This document shows, piece after piece, positions 11,115-22,546 of a stretch of DNA of 64,000 nt; positions within the stretch are counted from its first letter, which is position 1, and every line of letters starts with the position of its first letter. The notes beneath the pieces were generated by a model, which did no database searches, was not told the origin of the DNA, and saw only the letters and a list, made by a program, of their open reading frames with translations. This DNA comes from Vulcanimicrobiota bacterium (GTDB lineage Bacteria > Vulcanimicrobiota > Vulcanimicrobiia > Vulcanimicrobiales > Vulcanimicrobiaceae): positions 608,001-672,000 of the forward strand of contig CAWCIZ010000001.1 in assembly GCA_963795855.1 (NCBI GenBank), written 5' to 3'. The translations under genes were made by a program, and so were the position numbers.

Positions 11115-11197
11115 GACTAACGCTCTGCTACGTCCGGTCAAGCAGAGTGGTTTAAAAGGCGCTCCGCCATCCGTGGCTGCGCGCCCCCGCACGCAAC

Positions 11198-11272
11198 GCG
11201 GAAGTAGCTCAGTGGTAGAGCATCGCCTTGCCAAGGCGAGGGTCGCGAGTTCGAATCTCGTCTTCCGCTCCA
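11198..11272 (+). tRNA. tRNA-Gly (GCC)
   Basis: GCGGAAG/CTTCCGC acceptor, anticodon loop TTGCCAA, GTTCGAATC, ends TCCA. Confidence 0.96.
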
Positions 11273-11277
11273 TTTCA

Positions 11278-11311
11278 AAGGCCCCCGGCCTGCCGGTTGG
11301 GGGTTTTGATT
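11278..11311 (+). terminator. Intrinsic terminator after tRNA-Gly
   Basis: GGCCCCCGGCC...GGTTGGGGGTT hairpin (with G-U pairs) followed by T-rich tract. Confidence 0.6.
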
Positions 11312-11358
11312 TTATGGGGCGAATAAACCACGTCCCACTACTTACTAGGAGAGCCACC

Positions 11359-12666
11359 CTGTCTACGTCCACGCTCACCAAACTCGCGCCGACGCAGGTC
11401 GAACTCGTCATCCCGATCTCCGCCGACGAGATGCGCGAGGCGGAGGACCGCGCGTTCCGCCGCCTGGTCAAAAAGGCGAAGCTCCCGGGGTTCCGCCCCG
11501 GTAAAGTGCCGCGCAAAGTCTTCGAGCAGGCATACGGCGCGCAAACCATCACGAACGAAGCGATGGAAGACGTCGTTCCGACAGTGTACGCGAAAGCGGT
11601 CCGCGAGCACGAATTGGAGCCGGTGGACCGTCCGAAGATGGAGCTGCTTCCGGAAAACGACAGCGAACCGCGCCGCGTGAAAGCCGTCGTCGACGTGCGG
11701 CCCGCCATTACGCTGAACGACTACAAGGGCCTGACCATCGAGGCCGGCCCGGTCACCGTCAGCGACGAGGACGTCGAGCGCGCCCTCAAGTCCCTGGCCC
11801 GCGACCGCGCGACGCTCGTTCCGGCCGACCGCGAGGCCCGCTTGGGCGATGTCGTGACCATCGATTATGAAGGAAAGGTCGACGGCGTGGCGTTCGAGGG
11901 CGGCACCGCGCAGGGCCAGCAGACCGAGCTGAGCGAGGATCGGTTCATTCCGGGCTTTGCCAGGGGCATCGCGGGCATGAAGGGCGGCGAAACGAAAGAC
12001 GTCGAGGCGACCTTCCCGCAGGACTACCAGCAGACGGACTTAGCGGGCAAGACCGCCGCGTTCACGATTACGCTGCACGAAGTCAAGGAACTCGAACTTC
12101 CTCCGATCGACGACGAACTTGCAAAAGCGGTCTCGCAGCACCAGACCCTGGACGAACTCACGGCGGATGTGCGGGCGCGCCTGCAGACGGCAGCGGAAGC
12201 GCGCGTCAAGCGGGAGACGGGAAACGCCCTGGTCGAACGGCTCGTCGCCTCGCACGATTTTCCGCTTCCCGAGGTCCTGATCGAGCGCGAAATCGACGGC
12301 ATGGTGAACGACGGGGCCGGAATGGCCGCGCGCATGGGGATGTCGTACGAAGACTACCTCAAGGCCGTCGGCAAGACCGAGGACGACTTGCGCAAGGAGT
12401 ATCGTCCCGACGCCGAGCGCCGCGTGAAAGGTACGCTAATCCTCGAGGCGATCGCCAAGGCGGAAAACATTACGGCCACACCGGCCGATATTCAAGATGA
12501 GCTGCAAACGCTTGCACGGCAGTACGGCCAGCCGGTCGACCGTATCCGCCAGGCGCTCGGAAACAACGTCCTCTCACTGATGGACGGAATCGTCCGAAAT
12601 AAAACCGTGGAGTTTCTGGTCGAACACGCGAAGGCCGAAGCGGCAACCCCCGCAGCAGAATCGTAG
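11359..12666 (+). CDS. tig: Trigger factor
   Basis: PGFRPGKVP ribosome-binding motif, FKBP domain (IDYEGKVDGVAFEGG, FIPGF), upstream of clpP-clpX. Probable CTG start behind an AGGAG Shine-Dalgarno. Confidence 0.95.
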   Translation: MSTSTLTKLAPTQVELVIPISADEMREAEDRAFRRLVKKAKLPGFRPGKVPRKVFEQAYGAQTITNEAMEDVVPTVYAKAVREHELEPVDRPKMELLPENDSEPRRVKAVVDVRPAITLNDYKGLTIEAGPVTVSDEDVERALKSLARDRATLVPADREARLGDVVTIDYEGKVDGVAFEGGTAQGQQTELSEDRFIPGFARGIAGMKGGETKDVEATFPQDYQQTDLAGKTAAFTITLHEVKELELPPIDDELAKAVSQHQTLDELTADVRARLQTAAEARVKRETGNALVERLVASHDFPLPEVLIEREIDGMVNDGAGMAARMGMSYEDYLKAVGKTEDDLRKEYRPDAERRVKGTLILEAIAKAENITATPADIQDELQTLARQYGQPVDRIRQALGNNVLSLMDGIVRNKTVEFLVEHAKAEAATPAAES

Positions 12667-12693
12667 TCTTTGATCCTGCCGTGAAAAGGAAGA

Positions 12694-13312
12694 ATGGATA
12701 AGATGGGTCACCTGGTCCCCATGGTCGTCGAACAGAGCGCGCGCGGAGAGCGTGCCTTCGACATCTACTCGCGCTTGCTCAAGGATCGCATCGTCTTCGT
12801 CGGCGGTGCCATCGACGATCATCTGGCGAATCTCGTGATCGCGCAGCTGCTTGTTCCTCGAAAAGGAAGATCCGGACAAAGACATCGACATGTACATCAA
12901 CAGTCCCGGCGGGAGCGTTACCGCGGGCTTGGCGATTTACGACACGATACGCTTCATCAAGCCCGACGTGGCCACCATCTGCGCCGGCATGGCCGCGTCC
13001 ATGGGGTCGATCCTCTTGACGGGCGGCGCGCAAGGCAAACGTATGGCCCTTCCGCATTCGAAGATTCTCATCCATCAGCCGTGGGTGCAGCAGGTCGGCG
13101 GTCAGGCGACGGATATCGAAATCCACGCTCGCGACCTCATCGCCACGCGGCGTATGCTGGCCGGCATCTACGAAGAGACGACCAAGAAGCCCATCGAGCA
13201 GATTCTTAAGGATATCGAGCGGGATTTCTACATGACCGCGCAGGAAGCCAAGGAGTACGGTATCATAGACACGATCATCGAAAACCGGTCGTCGCTGGCG
13301 ACCCCGGCATAG
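12694..13312 (+). CDS. clpP: ATP-dependent Clp protease proteolytic subunit (frameshift ~12855)
   Basis: [26 protein letters not shown], then [18 protein letters not shown] and DIERD in the second frame. Confidence 0.95.
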
Positions 13313-13342
13313 GCACGAGCGAAAGGGTTAACGCGTAGGCGC

Positions 13343-14601
13343 ATGTTTCGATTCGGAGACGAGAAGGGCCAGCTCAAGTGCAGTTTCTGCGGCAAATCGC
13401 AGGAACAGGTTCGCAAGCTGATCGCGGGGCCGGGCGTCTACATTTGCGACGAGTGCATCGAGCTCTGCAACGAGATCATCGAGGAAGAGCTCTACAAGAA
13501 CGTCGATGAAAATCTGCGTCTTCGCAACATCCCGAAGCCCAAAGAGATCAATCACATCCTCAACCAGTACGTCATCGGTCAGGAGCGCGCGAAGAAGTCG
13601 CTCGCAGTAGCGGTGTACAACCACTACAAGCGCGTGAACATGGGCGCGAGCGCGGACGACGTCGAGCTGCAGAAGTCGAACATTCTGCTCGTCGGTCCCA
13701 CGGGATCCGGCAAGACGTACCTGGCGCAGACGCTTGCGAAAATTCTCGACGTGCCGCTCGCGATGGCGGACGCGACCTCGCTCACGGAAGCCGGCTACGT
13801 CGGTGAAGACGTCGAGAACATTCTGCTCAAACTGATTCAAGCGGCCGATTACGACGTCAAGCGCGCCGAAAAAGGCATCGTCTACATCGACGAAATCGAC
13901 AAAATCGCGCGCAAGAGCGAGAATCCGTCGATAACGCGCGACGTTTCCGGCGAAGGCGTTCAGCAGGCGCTGCTCAAGATTCTCGAAGGAACGACTGCGA
14001 ACGTTCCCCCGCAAGGCGGCCGCAAGCATCCGCACCAGGAATTCATTCAGATCGACACGACCAACGTGTTGTTCATCTGCGGCGGAGCGTTCGACGGTTT
14101 GGAACGCATCATCGAATCGCGCGTCGCGAGCAACAACATGGGGTTCCGCGCGCAGCCGGAAGGCAAGAAAGAGCGCGCGTCGGCAAGTTGCTGCAGCAGC
14201 TGATGCCGGAAGATCTCCTGAAATTCGGCTTGATTCCGGAGTTCATCGGGCGCTTGCCGATCGTCGTGACGCTCGACGCCCTCGACGAACTCGCGCTGCG
14301 CCGGATTCTCGTCGAGCCGCGCAACGCGCTCGTGCGGCAGTTCCAGAAGATCATGGGCATGGACGGCGTCGAACTGACGTTCACGAAAGAAGCGCTCATC
14401 GCGATCGCTTCACGCGCGCAAGGCCGCAAGACCGGTGCGCGCGGCCTGCGTTCGATTCTCGAAGAGACGATGCTGGACGTCATGTACGATCTGCCGTCGC
14501 TCAGCGGCGTGAAGAAGTGCGTCGTGAACAAGGAAGTCATCGAGAAAAAAGAGCCGCCGACGCTCATCTACAACGAGCGCCAGAAAGACATGCCCGCCTA
14601 G
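13343..14601 (+). CDS. clpX: ATP-dependent Clp protease ATP-binding subunit (frameshift ~14175)
   Basis: CSFCGK..CDEC zinc finger, [51 protein letters not shown]. Confidence 0.97.
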
Positions 14602-14614
14602 CAGAGGCAGCGAG

Positions 14615-14644
14615 CGGCGTCCAATCCGGACGCCGTTTTTCTTT
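14615..14644 (+). terminator. Intrinsic terminator after clpX
   Basis: CGGCGTCC-AATCC-GGACGCCG followed by TTTTTCTTT. Confidence 0.8.
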
Positions 14645-14772
14645 AGTGCGGTAGGCCCAAGGGTGTACGGCCTTGTGCCCACGTCTTTGTGCGTGGTGGT
14701 TCTCGAAACGCAGACCCGCGGCCGGGTACGGTTAACGCTAGTTACCGCTGCCCGGAAAAGGATCACTTCTAC

Positions 14773-15736
14773 ATGCACCGACATCGCATACTCGCCGCGC
14801 TTGCCGCGTGCGGCGCTTTAGCCGCTCTTTCCGCCTGCGGTGGCGGCGGCGGTGGAACGACGCCCCCCACGGGAAGCGGCGGGCCGCCTCCGGTCACGTC
14901 GACGCCGACGCCGACGTCGAGTCCGTCGACGACGCCGACGCCAATCGTCACGGCGACGCCCTCACCCACGCCGACGGGACTGACGGCCGACAGTCGTTAT
15001 ACGCTTTCCGCCCAGTCCGGGCCCCAGGTCAACGGTAAACAAAATTGGTACACCGCCGGCGTAACGGTTGCGTGGACGCCGAATCCCGGCAGCCCCGGAA
15101 TGAACGGCGACACGTCGGCCGGCGCGAACGCTTCGACCGGTTTTGCAGCGGTGGACGGTATGTCGTGCGCGTCGACGCAAGAACCGGCCGCCTCGACCAA
15201 GACGTATTCAACGCACGCGTTCGTCGGGATTTACTATAACGGCGTCGAGTACGCGCTGCCGCAAGCCATCGGCATGGAGGCGCCCACGGAGCCGACCGTG
15301 TCAGGCCATCCGAACGACAATTGGGAAGTCGAAACGCAGCAATGCGAATACAACGTGCATACGCACGACTACGCGGGACTCGTGCATATCGAAGATCCGA
15401 ACTTTCCGCAAAACACCTCGACCATTTCGACGCTTCCGTACAGCCCGACGCTGCAAACGCTGCTCGACCTTTGGGGCGTGCAGCTCGTCGTCCTCCGGCT
15501 TGACCGTTCCGGGACAAGCCGCGCTTTCGGGAACGACGTCGATCTACTACGGAAGCCCCGGTTCGCAGGTCGGACCGCATGGAGCGCCGGTCACTAGTTC
15601 GTACACGCTCGCCGCGTCGCCGTCGAGTGTTTCGCTGGGCTTTCACCAGACCGTTTGGATCGTCATCGGACAGTTGCCGGTGCTGCCGGACGGCGTAACG
15701 GGACTGCCCCAAGTCGAGTGGCGCATCGAGTATTAA
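14773..15736 (+). CDS. Uncharacterised His-motif lipoprotein, paralogue 1 (frameshift ~15485)
   Basis: Lipobox ALSAC+GGGGGG, TP-rich tether, THAFVGIYYNG...YNVHTHDYAGLVHIED...TLQTLLDLWG; ends LPQVEWRIEY in the second frame. Confidence 0.75.
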
Positions 15737-15879
15737 GTTGCTTAGTACGCCCGACCTAACCGCACGCGTGCCTTCTTCCCAGCGCCCTGCCCGGAGCGCT
15801 TCACGCGAAGTGCCACGCTTGACCGCTACGATTTATACGGACTTACTTGCCCGCATCTCGCGCTAAAGGATTTAGGATA

Positions 15880-16800
15880 ATGAAAGCATTGCGAATCTCG
15901 GGATCTGTGCTGAGCATCGGTGTCCTGGCGTTTCTCGCCGCTTGCGGCGGCGGCGGGGGCGGCAACCCGACCCCACCCACGCCGAATCCCGGAGGCTCTA
16001 CCCATCCCACGGCCACGCCGACGGCAACGCCGACCGTTGCTCCCACCACTACACCAACCACCTCCCCGACGCAGACTCCCAGCGGCAGCGTCGCGGTGAG
16101 CGCCACCGATTACGACGCGTACGACGGTCCGATCTGGGGAACCGACAACTGGCAGACGAACGGCGTGACCGATTCGTCGAGCACCGGCGACGGCGACGTC
16201 GTGAACGACGTCGGCATGAACAATGCCGGCTCGCCGAATATGACCGACAGCTTGAGCGCCTGTGCGTTGAGCAGCGAATCGTCGATGACGTCCGCTAACT
16301 ACCACGTCCACGCATTCGTCGGGATCTACGTCAACGGCACCGCGTTCGCGATTCCGGACGCGATCGGCATGGCGAACCCGACTACCGACGAGCCGGTCAC
16401 AGGCTTCACCTGCGCCTACAGCATTCACACGCACGGCGCGTCCGGCATCATCCACGTTGAAGATCCGTCAATCGTCGGGACTTGGAAAAATACCGCGCCG
16501 CCCGCGCAGTACAATCTACAGACGCTCTTCGACATCTGGGGACAGAATCTGAGCACCGTCGCGGGAGCGACCGGAATGCCGGCCATCTACGTCGGCACGG
16601 TGAGCGGCAAAGACGGAGCCGGACGCGATCTGGTCAACTCGTATACGCTATACACCGGCACGCCGACGGCGCTGCTGCTCAGCCACCACGTCGCGATCTT
16701 CCTCGTCTACGGAGCGCTTCCGACCTCTACCAACGGACAAGCATGTCCGGCTGGCTCAGCCGGATGCCTGCCGCAAGTCTCCTTCGGTATCTCCAACTAA
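15880..16800 (+). CDS. Uncharacterised His-motif lipoprotein, paralogue 2
   Basis: AGGA RBS, lipobox FLAAC+GGGGGG, TP tether, HVHAFVGIYVNG...YSIHTHGASGIIHVED...NLQTLFDIWG...LPQVSF. Confidence 0.8.
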   Translation: MKALRISGSVLSIGVLAFLAACGGGGGGNPTPPTPNPGGSTHPTATPTATPTVAPTTTPTTSPTQTPSGSVAVSATDYDAYDGPIWGTDNWQTNGVTDSSSTGDGDVVNDVGMNNAGSPNMTDSLSACALSSESSMTSANYHVHAFVGIYVNGTAFAIPDAIGMANPTTDEPVTGFTCAYSIHTHGASGIIHVEDPSIVGTWKNTAPPAQYNLQTLFDIWGQNLSTVAGATGMPAIYVGTVSGKDGAGRDLVNSYTLYTGTPTALLLSHHVAIFLVYGALPTSTNGQACPAGSAGCLPQVSFGISN

Positions 16801-16820
16801 TCTGAGCACACCCGAAGCGC

Positions 16821-16852
16821 AAAAAGAGAGACCGGCTTGCCGGTCTCTCTTG
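16821..16852. terminator. Bidirectional intrinsic terminator
   Basis: AAGAGAGACCGG-CTTG-CCGGTCTCTCTT perfect hairpin between convergent genes. Confidence 0.8.
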
Positions 16853-16866
16853 CGGTGTTTGTTGGG

Positions 16867-17444
16867 TCAGACCGATTCGACGGATTCGGCGGTGCTGCGT
16901 ATCACCTTCGCCGGAACGCCGCCGACGAGCGCGTACGGCGGCACGTCCGCGGTTACGACTGCACCTGCCGCGATTGCCGCGTGATGACCGATGGTTATGC
17001 CCGGAACGATCACGGCGTGCGAATAGATCAGCACGTGATCGCCGATCACGACGGGTGAGCGAATGATTTCGAGCGGCGTAAACGGATCGACCGTGTCGGC
17101 AGAAATCTGCTCGCCTTCCATCGACGTGATGTGCACGTGCGTTCCGATGTGGACGTTGTTGCCGATCGTTATTCCGCCGCCGCCCCAAAGTATGCTGTAC
17201 GGACCGATCTCCACGTTGTCGCCCAGGGTGATGAATCCAGCCTCGGTGTTGCAATTCAAGTACGAGCGGTGATCGAAGAAGACGCGCCGTCCCGCGGTGA
17301 TGCGCTCGGAGCCGCGTACGATTACGCCGGACGCCATGTGCACGTGCCGGCAAACGGCGCCGGTGAAATTCGTTCAGCGTCTGTTCGCTGATACGCGCGC
17401 CACAGGTAGCCCGGCAGCGACGCGGCGCGATCGAAAGCATTCAT
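16867..17444 (-). CDS. Hexapeptide-repeat (LbH) sugar O-acyltransferase (N-terminal frameshift)
   Basis: ITLGDNVEIG, ITIGNNVHIG, VVIGDHVLI, AAGAVVTADVPPYALVGGVPAKVIR. Probable ATG at 17444. Confidence 0.8.
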
Positions 17445-17639
17445 ACGGGACCACATCCTCCAACGTAGCAAAAGCGCTCGACCGAGCGGCCGTTATCTCG
17501 TACCCGCATCGGGCGTTTATTCTCATCCCCCGCGCCCACTAGGCCTTTCGGTAGCACGGTACGGTTCGATTCGCCTGGAAGTGCGGTACGTCGGCAATCT
17601 GCCCCCGGCGAGCGTTGGGCGGTACAATGCCGCTGAGCG

Positions 17640-19602
17640 ATGAGACTAGCCACTTCTGCCGATCTCCGCATTCGCGGAATGCGCCCTGAACTACGCTTCG
17701 GCCTGATGACAGCCGATTTTGCGGTGCTCATCATTGCGGTGTACGTAGCAACGGGCGTGGGATACATTCACTCCGCCGGCGCGGGCCAACTGCTGCTGCT
17801 GGCGGCACTGCTTTTCGTCACGGGAGCCTACGTGCAGTGGCGCTACGAGAGCGCCCGCACGTTCGACTTTCACGACGTCCTTCGGTTGCTTTACGGCGCT
17901 GCAGGCGGAACGGTGCTCGCATTGGCGTGCGTTTGGCTGCTGCCCGGTCCGCTCGAGCACATGTCGGGCCGGCTCGTCGTCATCGCCGCGATGCTCGGCT
18001 TCATCCTGCGTATGTTCCTGCGCATTGCAATGGTGCTTCTGCGCACGTTCCTCTACACGCAGCGGCCGAACGCACAGAAGGTCCTCGTGGTCGGCGTGGG
18101 CATGCCGGCCGTGAACCTGATCCGCGCGATTCAAGAAGACCGCACGCTGCCGATGCGCGTCATCGGCTGCGTTGACGACGGCGTCGCGATAAAGCGCGTC
18201 GACGGCGTGCGCATCCTCGGCGGCATCGAGGATCTGCCGTCGATCCTCGTTCGTCATCCGGTCGATTCGGTTATCGTGGCCATTCCCGCCGCGCCGCTGC
18301 CGATCATCAATAGGATCAAAGATTTTTGCAGCCGCGCCGCCGCCGCTCCGATGGTCAAAGTGCTCCCCGACGCGATCGAGATTTTGAACGACAAGGTGAC
18401 GATCTCGCGCATTCGCGACATCCGCTTGGAAGACGTCCTGGCGCGGGAGCCGGTGGTCGTCGACACCGCGGCGCTGCGGCCGCATCTGGAAGATCAAGTC
18501 GTGCTCGTTACCGGTGCGGGCGGATCGATCGGCAGCGAACTCTGCCGGCAAATCGCGACGTTCGAACCCAAGCTTCTGCTGCTGCTCGGGCACGGCGAGA
18601 ACAGCTTGTTCGCCATCGAGCAGGAACTGCGCACGAAGTACAAGTTCACGCGTACGAAAATGCTGCTGGCGGACGTCGCCGATGCCGCCGGCGATTCGCA
18701 ACGTCTTCTCGACGTATCGTCCGCGCATCGTCTTCCACGCCGCCGCGCACAAGCACGTCCCGATCGTCGAAGACAACATCTGCGAGGCGATGCGCAACAA
18801 CGTGTTCGGCACGCGCACCGTCGCGCTCGCCGCTGCCGCGTCGGGCACCGCGAAGATTCGTGCTGCTCTCGACCGACAAGGCAGTGAATCCCACGAGCGT
18901 CATGGGGCTCACCAAACGGATGGCCGAGCTCATTTGTCAGTCGTTCGCCGGCAGCAGCAGTACGGAGTTCGTGGTCGTGCGGTTCGGCAACGTTCTGGGG
19001 AGCCGCGGCAGCGTCGTTCCGGTCTTCAAACAGCAAGTCGCCAGCGGCGGCCCCGTGACGATCACGCATCGCGACATGCAGCGCTATTTCATGACGATTC
19101 CGGAAGCGGTCTCGCTCGTGCTGCAGGCCATGTCGATGGGCAACGACGGTGAGGTGTTCGTCCTCGACATGGGCGACCCGATCAAGATTCTTGCATCTTG
19201 CCGAGCAAGTGATCCGGCTTTCCGGGTTTCGAGCCGTATCGCGACATCGACATCGTCGAAACGTCGATTCGACCGGGAGAAAAACTCTTCGAGGAGATCC
19301 TTACGAACGGGGAAGGGATCTCCAGTACGAGCCATCACCGGCTCTTCATCGCCAAGCAAGACCGCATCGACTACTCGCGCATCGGCATCGCAATGGAACG
19401 CGTGCATCGCGCGATTCGGATGGCGGACTGGCGCGTCGCCCTCGACGTCCTGCGCGAGTTCGTTCCGGAATACACGCCGGGAGCGCACTTGCTCCCTGCC
19501 GTTCAAATTCGCGTAGAGCGCAACGAGATCGATGCAACCTCCGCCGCGCATACGACGGAAATCGTGACCCGCACCACCATCGCACCTGCACCCGCTCAAT
19601 AG
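17640..19602 (+). CDS. Membrane-bound UDP-GlcNAc 4,6-dehydratase, CapD/PglF/WbpM family (several frameshifts)
   Basis: Four N-terminal TM segments, [70 protein letters not shown] across frames. Confidence 0.9.
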
Positions 19603-19609
19603 GAACGAC

Positions 19610-20944
19610 ATGGAACTGCTTGAAGCCCCGGGGAGTTTACGCGAACAACTCAAGAAGAAGTTCGTGGACCGGACGGCGTTGATCGGCGTCGCCGGTATCG
19701 GCTACGTCGGCCTGCCGCTCGCGGTCGAGAAAGCGAAAGTCGGATTCGAAGTCATCGGATACGACCGCAACAGCGTTCGCGTCGACCAAGTGAATCAGGG
19801 ACTGAACTACATCCGCGACGTCGAACGACACGGAAATGGCCCAGCTGGTGGAGACCGGCAAACTGCGCGCCAGTACGGATTTCAGTTCGCTGAGCCGCTG
19901 CGACGCGATCGTGATTTGCGTTCCGACGCCGCTCACGCCGAATCTGGATCCCGACATCTCGTACATCAAAGCCGTAGGCGAACAGATCGGCGCGCAGCTG
20001 CGGCCGGGACAACTCGTGTGCTTGGAGAGCACCACGTATCCGGGCACGACGGAAGAAGTGCTGCTGCCGCTGCTCGCGCAATCCGGCCTAAAAGTCGGAG
20101 AAGATTTCTTTCTGTGCTTCTCGCCCGAGCGCGTCGACCCAGGCAACGCGCGCTACACGACCAAAAACACGAACAAGGTCGTCGGCGGCGTGACGCCGGC
20201 GTGCGTCGACGTCGGCAGGCTGCTTCTATCAGCAGACGATCCTCGACGTTCTTACGGTGAGTTCGCCGAAGGTCGCCGAGATGTGCAAGGTGTTCGAAAA
20301 CACGTTCCGTTCGGTGAACATCGCGCTCGTCAACGAGATGGCGCTGCTGTGCGATCGGCTGGGAATCAACATTTGGGAAGTGCTCGACGCCGCCGCAACC
20401 AAACCGTTCGGCATCATGCGGTTCGATCCGGGGCCGGGCGTCGGCGGTCATTGCATTCCGCTCGACCCGTTTTACCTTGCATGGAAGGCGCGCGAATACG
20501 ATTTCCACACGCGCTTCATCGAACTCGCCGGCGAAATCAATCACGGCATGCCGTATTTCGTGCGCGAAAAAGTGATGCGCGCGCTCAACGGCGTCGGCCA
20601 GTCGCTCAAGGGCGCCGACATTCTGGTCCTCGGCGTGGCGTACAAGAAAGACATCGAAGACTGGCGCGAATCGCCCGCGATCAAAGTCATGGAACTGCTG
20701 CTGCAGCGACGGCGCCAAGATCGATTACCACGATCCGTTCGTCGCCAAGTTCGTAGAACACGGCATGCAATGGCACTCGATACCCCTTTCGAAGGAGCGC
20801 CTCGAGCGGGCCGACTGCGTGCTCATCCTGACCGACCACACCGACGTCGACTACGAGCGCATCTGCTCGAACGCAAAACTGGTCGTCGACACCCGGAACG
20901 CGACGAAAAACGTAAAATGCCGCGATAAAGTGGTCCTGCTCTAG
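19610..20944 (+). CDS. UDP-N-acetylglucosamine 6-dehydrogenase, WbpA-like (frameshifts)
   Basis: [75 protein letters not shown]. Confidence 0.9.
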
Positions 20945-20946
20945 TG

Positions 20947-21950
20947 ATGCGGAGAATGCCGCGGGTCGGCGTCATAGGCGCGGGGTACTGGGGCGCGAAA
21001 TTGGTCCGCAACTGCCATCAACTCGGCGTGCTCGCGGCGGTATGCGATACCGAACTGCGAGCGCTGAACGAAGTGCGCACGAAATATCCCGGCACGGCGC
21101 TGTTCTGCGAACCGCAGGCAATGCTGGAGCACGCGAAACTCGATGCGGTGGTGATTGCGGCGCCGGCTCCGGCTCACGCAACGCTTGCGCTCTGGGCGAT
21201 AGCGGCCGGGAAGCACGTGTTCGTCGAGAAGCCGCTCGCGCTTAGCGTCGAGGAAGCGCAGGAAGTCGTCGAAGCCGCCGAGCGCGCCGGCGTTACGCTC
21301 TTCGTCGGCCACGTGCTGCTCTATCATCCGGCCGTGAGCGCGCTGCTCGCGTGCGTGAATCAGGGCCGCGTGGGACGCGTACGTCACCTGCGTTCGCGCC
21401 GGCTGAGTTGGGGGCGCCTTCGCGCACACGAGAACGTCTGGTGGAGCTTCGCGCCGCACGACTGCGCGCTGATGATCGAAATCATGAAGGACGCGCCGGT
21501 GAACGCCACCGGCTGGGTGAGCGCATACGTTCGCCCGGGTCTGGGCGATTTCGCGTACGCCGACTTCGCATTCGCGGACGGACGCAGCGCGCATATCGAA
21601 GTCAGTTGGCTCGATCCCGACAAGAGTTCGCGCATCGACGTCTTCGGCTCCGAAGGCACGCTGACGTTCGTCGATTCGCGGTGGATGGTCCGACGCTCAG
21701 CCTCACGCCCTGCGGCGACCGGTTGAATACGCGCGGCGAACCGGAACTCTGGCGCGGTGAAACAGTCGCCATAGAGTTAGCGGGCGGAGAGCCGTTGCGT
21801 TTGGAGCTCGAGGCCTTTTGCCGCGCCATACGCGGCGCGCACGAACACATTCCGACCGATGGGCGCGAAGGCTTGGAGGTCGTGCGGGCGCTGGCGATGG
21901 TTGACTCGCGCGCAACGGTACACTCATTTCCGTTGGAGGCACCGGTGTGA
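20947..21950 (+). CDS. Gfo/Idh/MocA oxidoreductase, WbpB/WlbA-like (frameshift ~21680)
   Basis: GVIGAGYWG, GKHVFVEKP, FAPHD. C-terminus EPLRLELEAF...DGREGLEVV in the second frame. Confidence 0.85.
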
Positions 21951-22546
21951 CGGTCGTAGACCAGACCAAAAACTATTTCGTTCACGAGTCGTCGTACGTC
22001 GACGAACCGGCCGCCATCGGAAACGGTACGAAGATCTGGCATTTTTCGCACGTTCTGCCGGACTGCGAAATCGGCGAGAACTGCAATATCGGACAGAACG
22101 TGGTCATCGGGCCGCGCGTGCGCATCGGCAATCGCGTGAAGATTCAGAACAACGTCTCGGTGTACGAGGGCGTCGACCTGGAAGACGAGGTCTTTTGCGG
22201 CCCCAGCATGGTCTTCACCAACGTTTTCACGCCGCGCAGCGGAACGCCGCGCAACTCGTCTGCGGATTATCTGCGCACGCTCGTGAAGCGCGGTGCCTCC
22301 ATCGGCGCCAATGCGACCATCGTGTGCGGAAACACGATTGGGGAATTCGCCTTCATCGGCGCCGGTTCGGTCGTCACCAAAGACGTCCCGGCCTATGCAG
22401 TCGTCTACGGAAATCCGGCCCGCATCCATGGATATGCGTGCGAGTGCGGAGTCAAACTTTCATTTCGCGGTGACCGTGCGTCGTGTGCCGAGTGCGGCCG
22501 CGCGTACGCGCGCGTCAACGACGCCGTTCAAAGGGTTGGACAGTGA
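21947..22546 (+). CDS. Sugar N-acetyltransferase, WbpD/WlbB-like
   Basis: HESSYVD, IGNGTKIWHFSH, KIQNNVSVYEGV, FCGPSMVFTNV.PRS, C-terminal CECG..CAECG zinc knuckle. Confidence 0.92.
   Translation: MTVVDQTKNYFVHESSYVDEPAAIGNGTKIWHFSHVLPDCEIGENCNIGQNVVIGPRVRIGNRVKIQNNVSVYEGVDLEDEVFCGPSMVFTNVFTPRSGTPRNSSADYLRTLVKRGASIGANATIVCGNTIGEFAFIGAGSVVTKDVPAYAVVYGNPARIHGYACECGVKLSFRGDRASCAECGRAYARVNDAVQRVGQ

Noticed and set aside
10975..11358. 128-aa N-terminal extension of trigger factor in the ORF track
   Set aside because: It runs through tRNA-Leu, tRNA-Gly and a terminator; chance open frame.
17445..17630. Further copy of the EPS operator upstream of the capD-like operon (GGGACCACATCCTCAAC at 17447; TACAAT at 17623)
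   Set aside because: Only a partial match and not at the 60-nt offset, so not called; worth including in a matrix scan.
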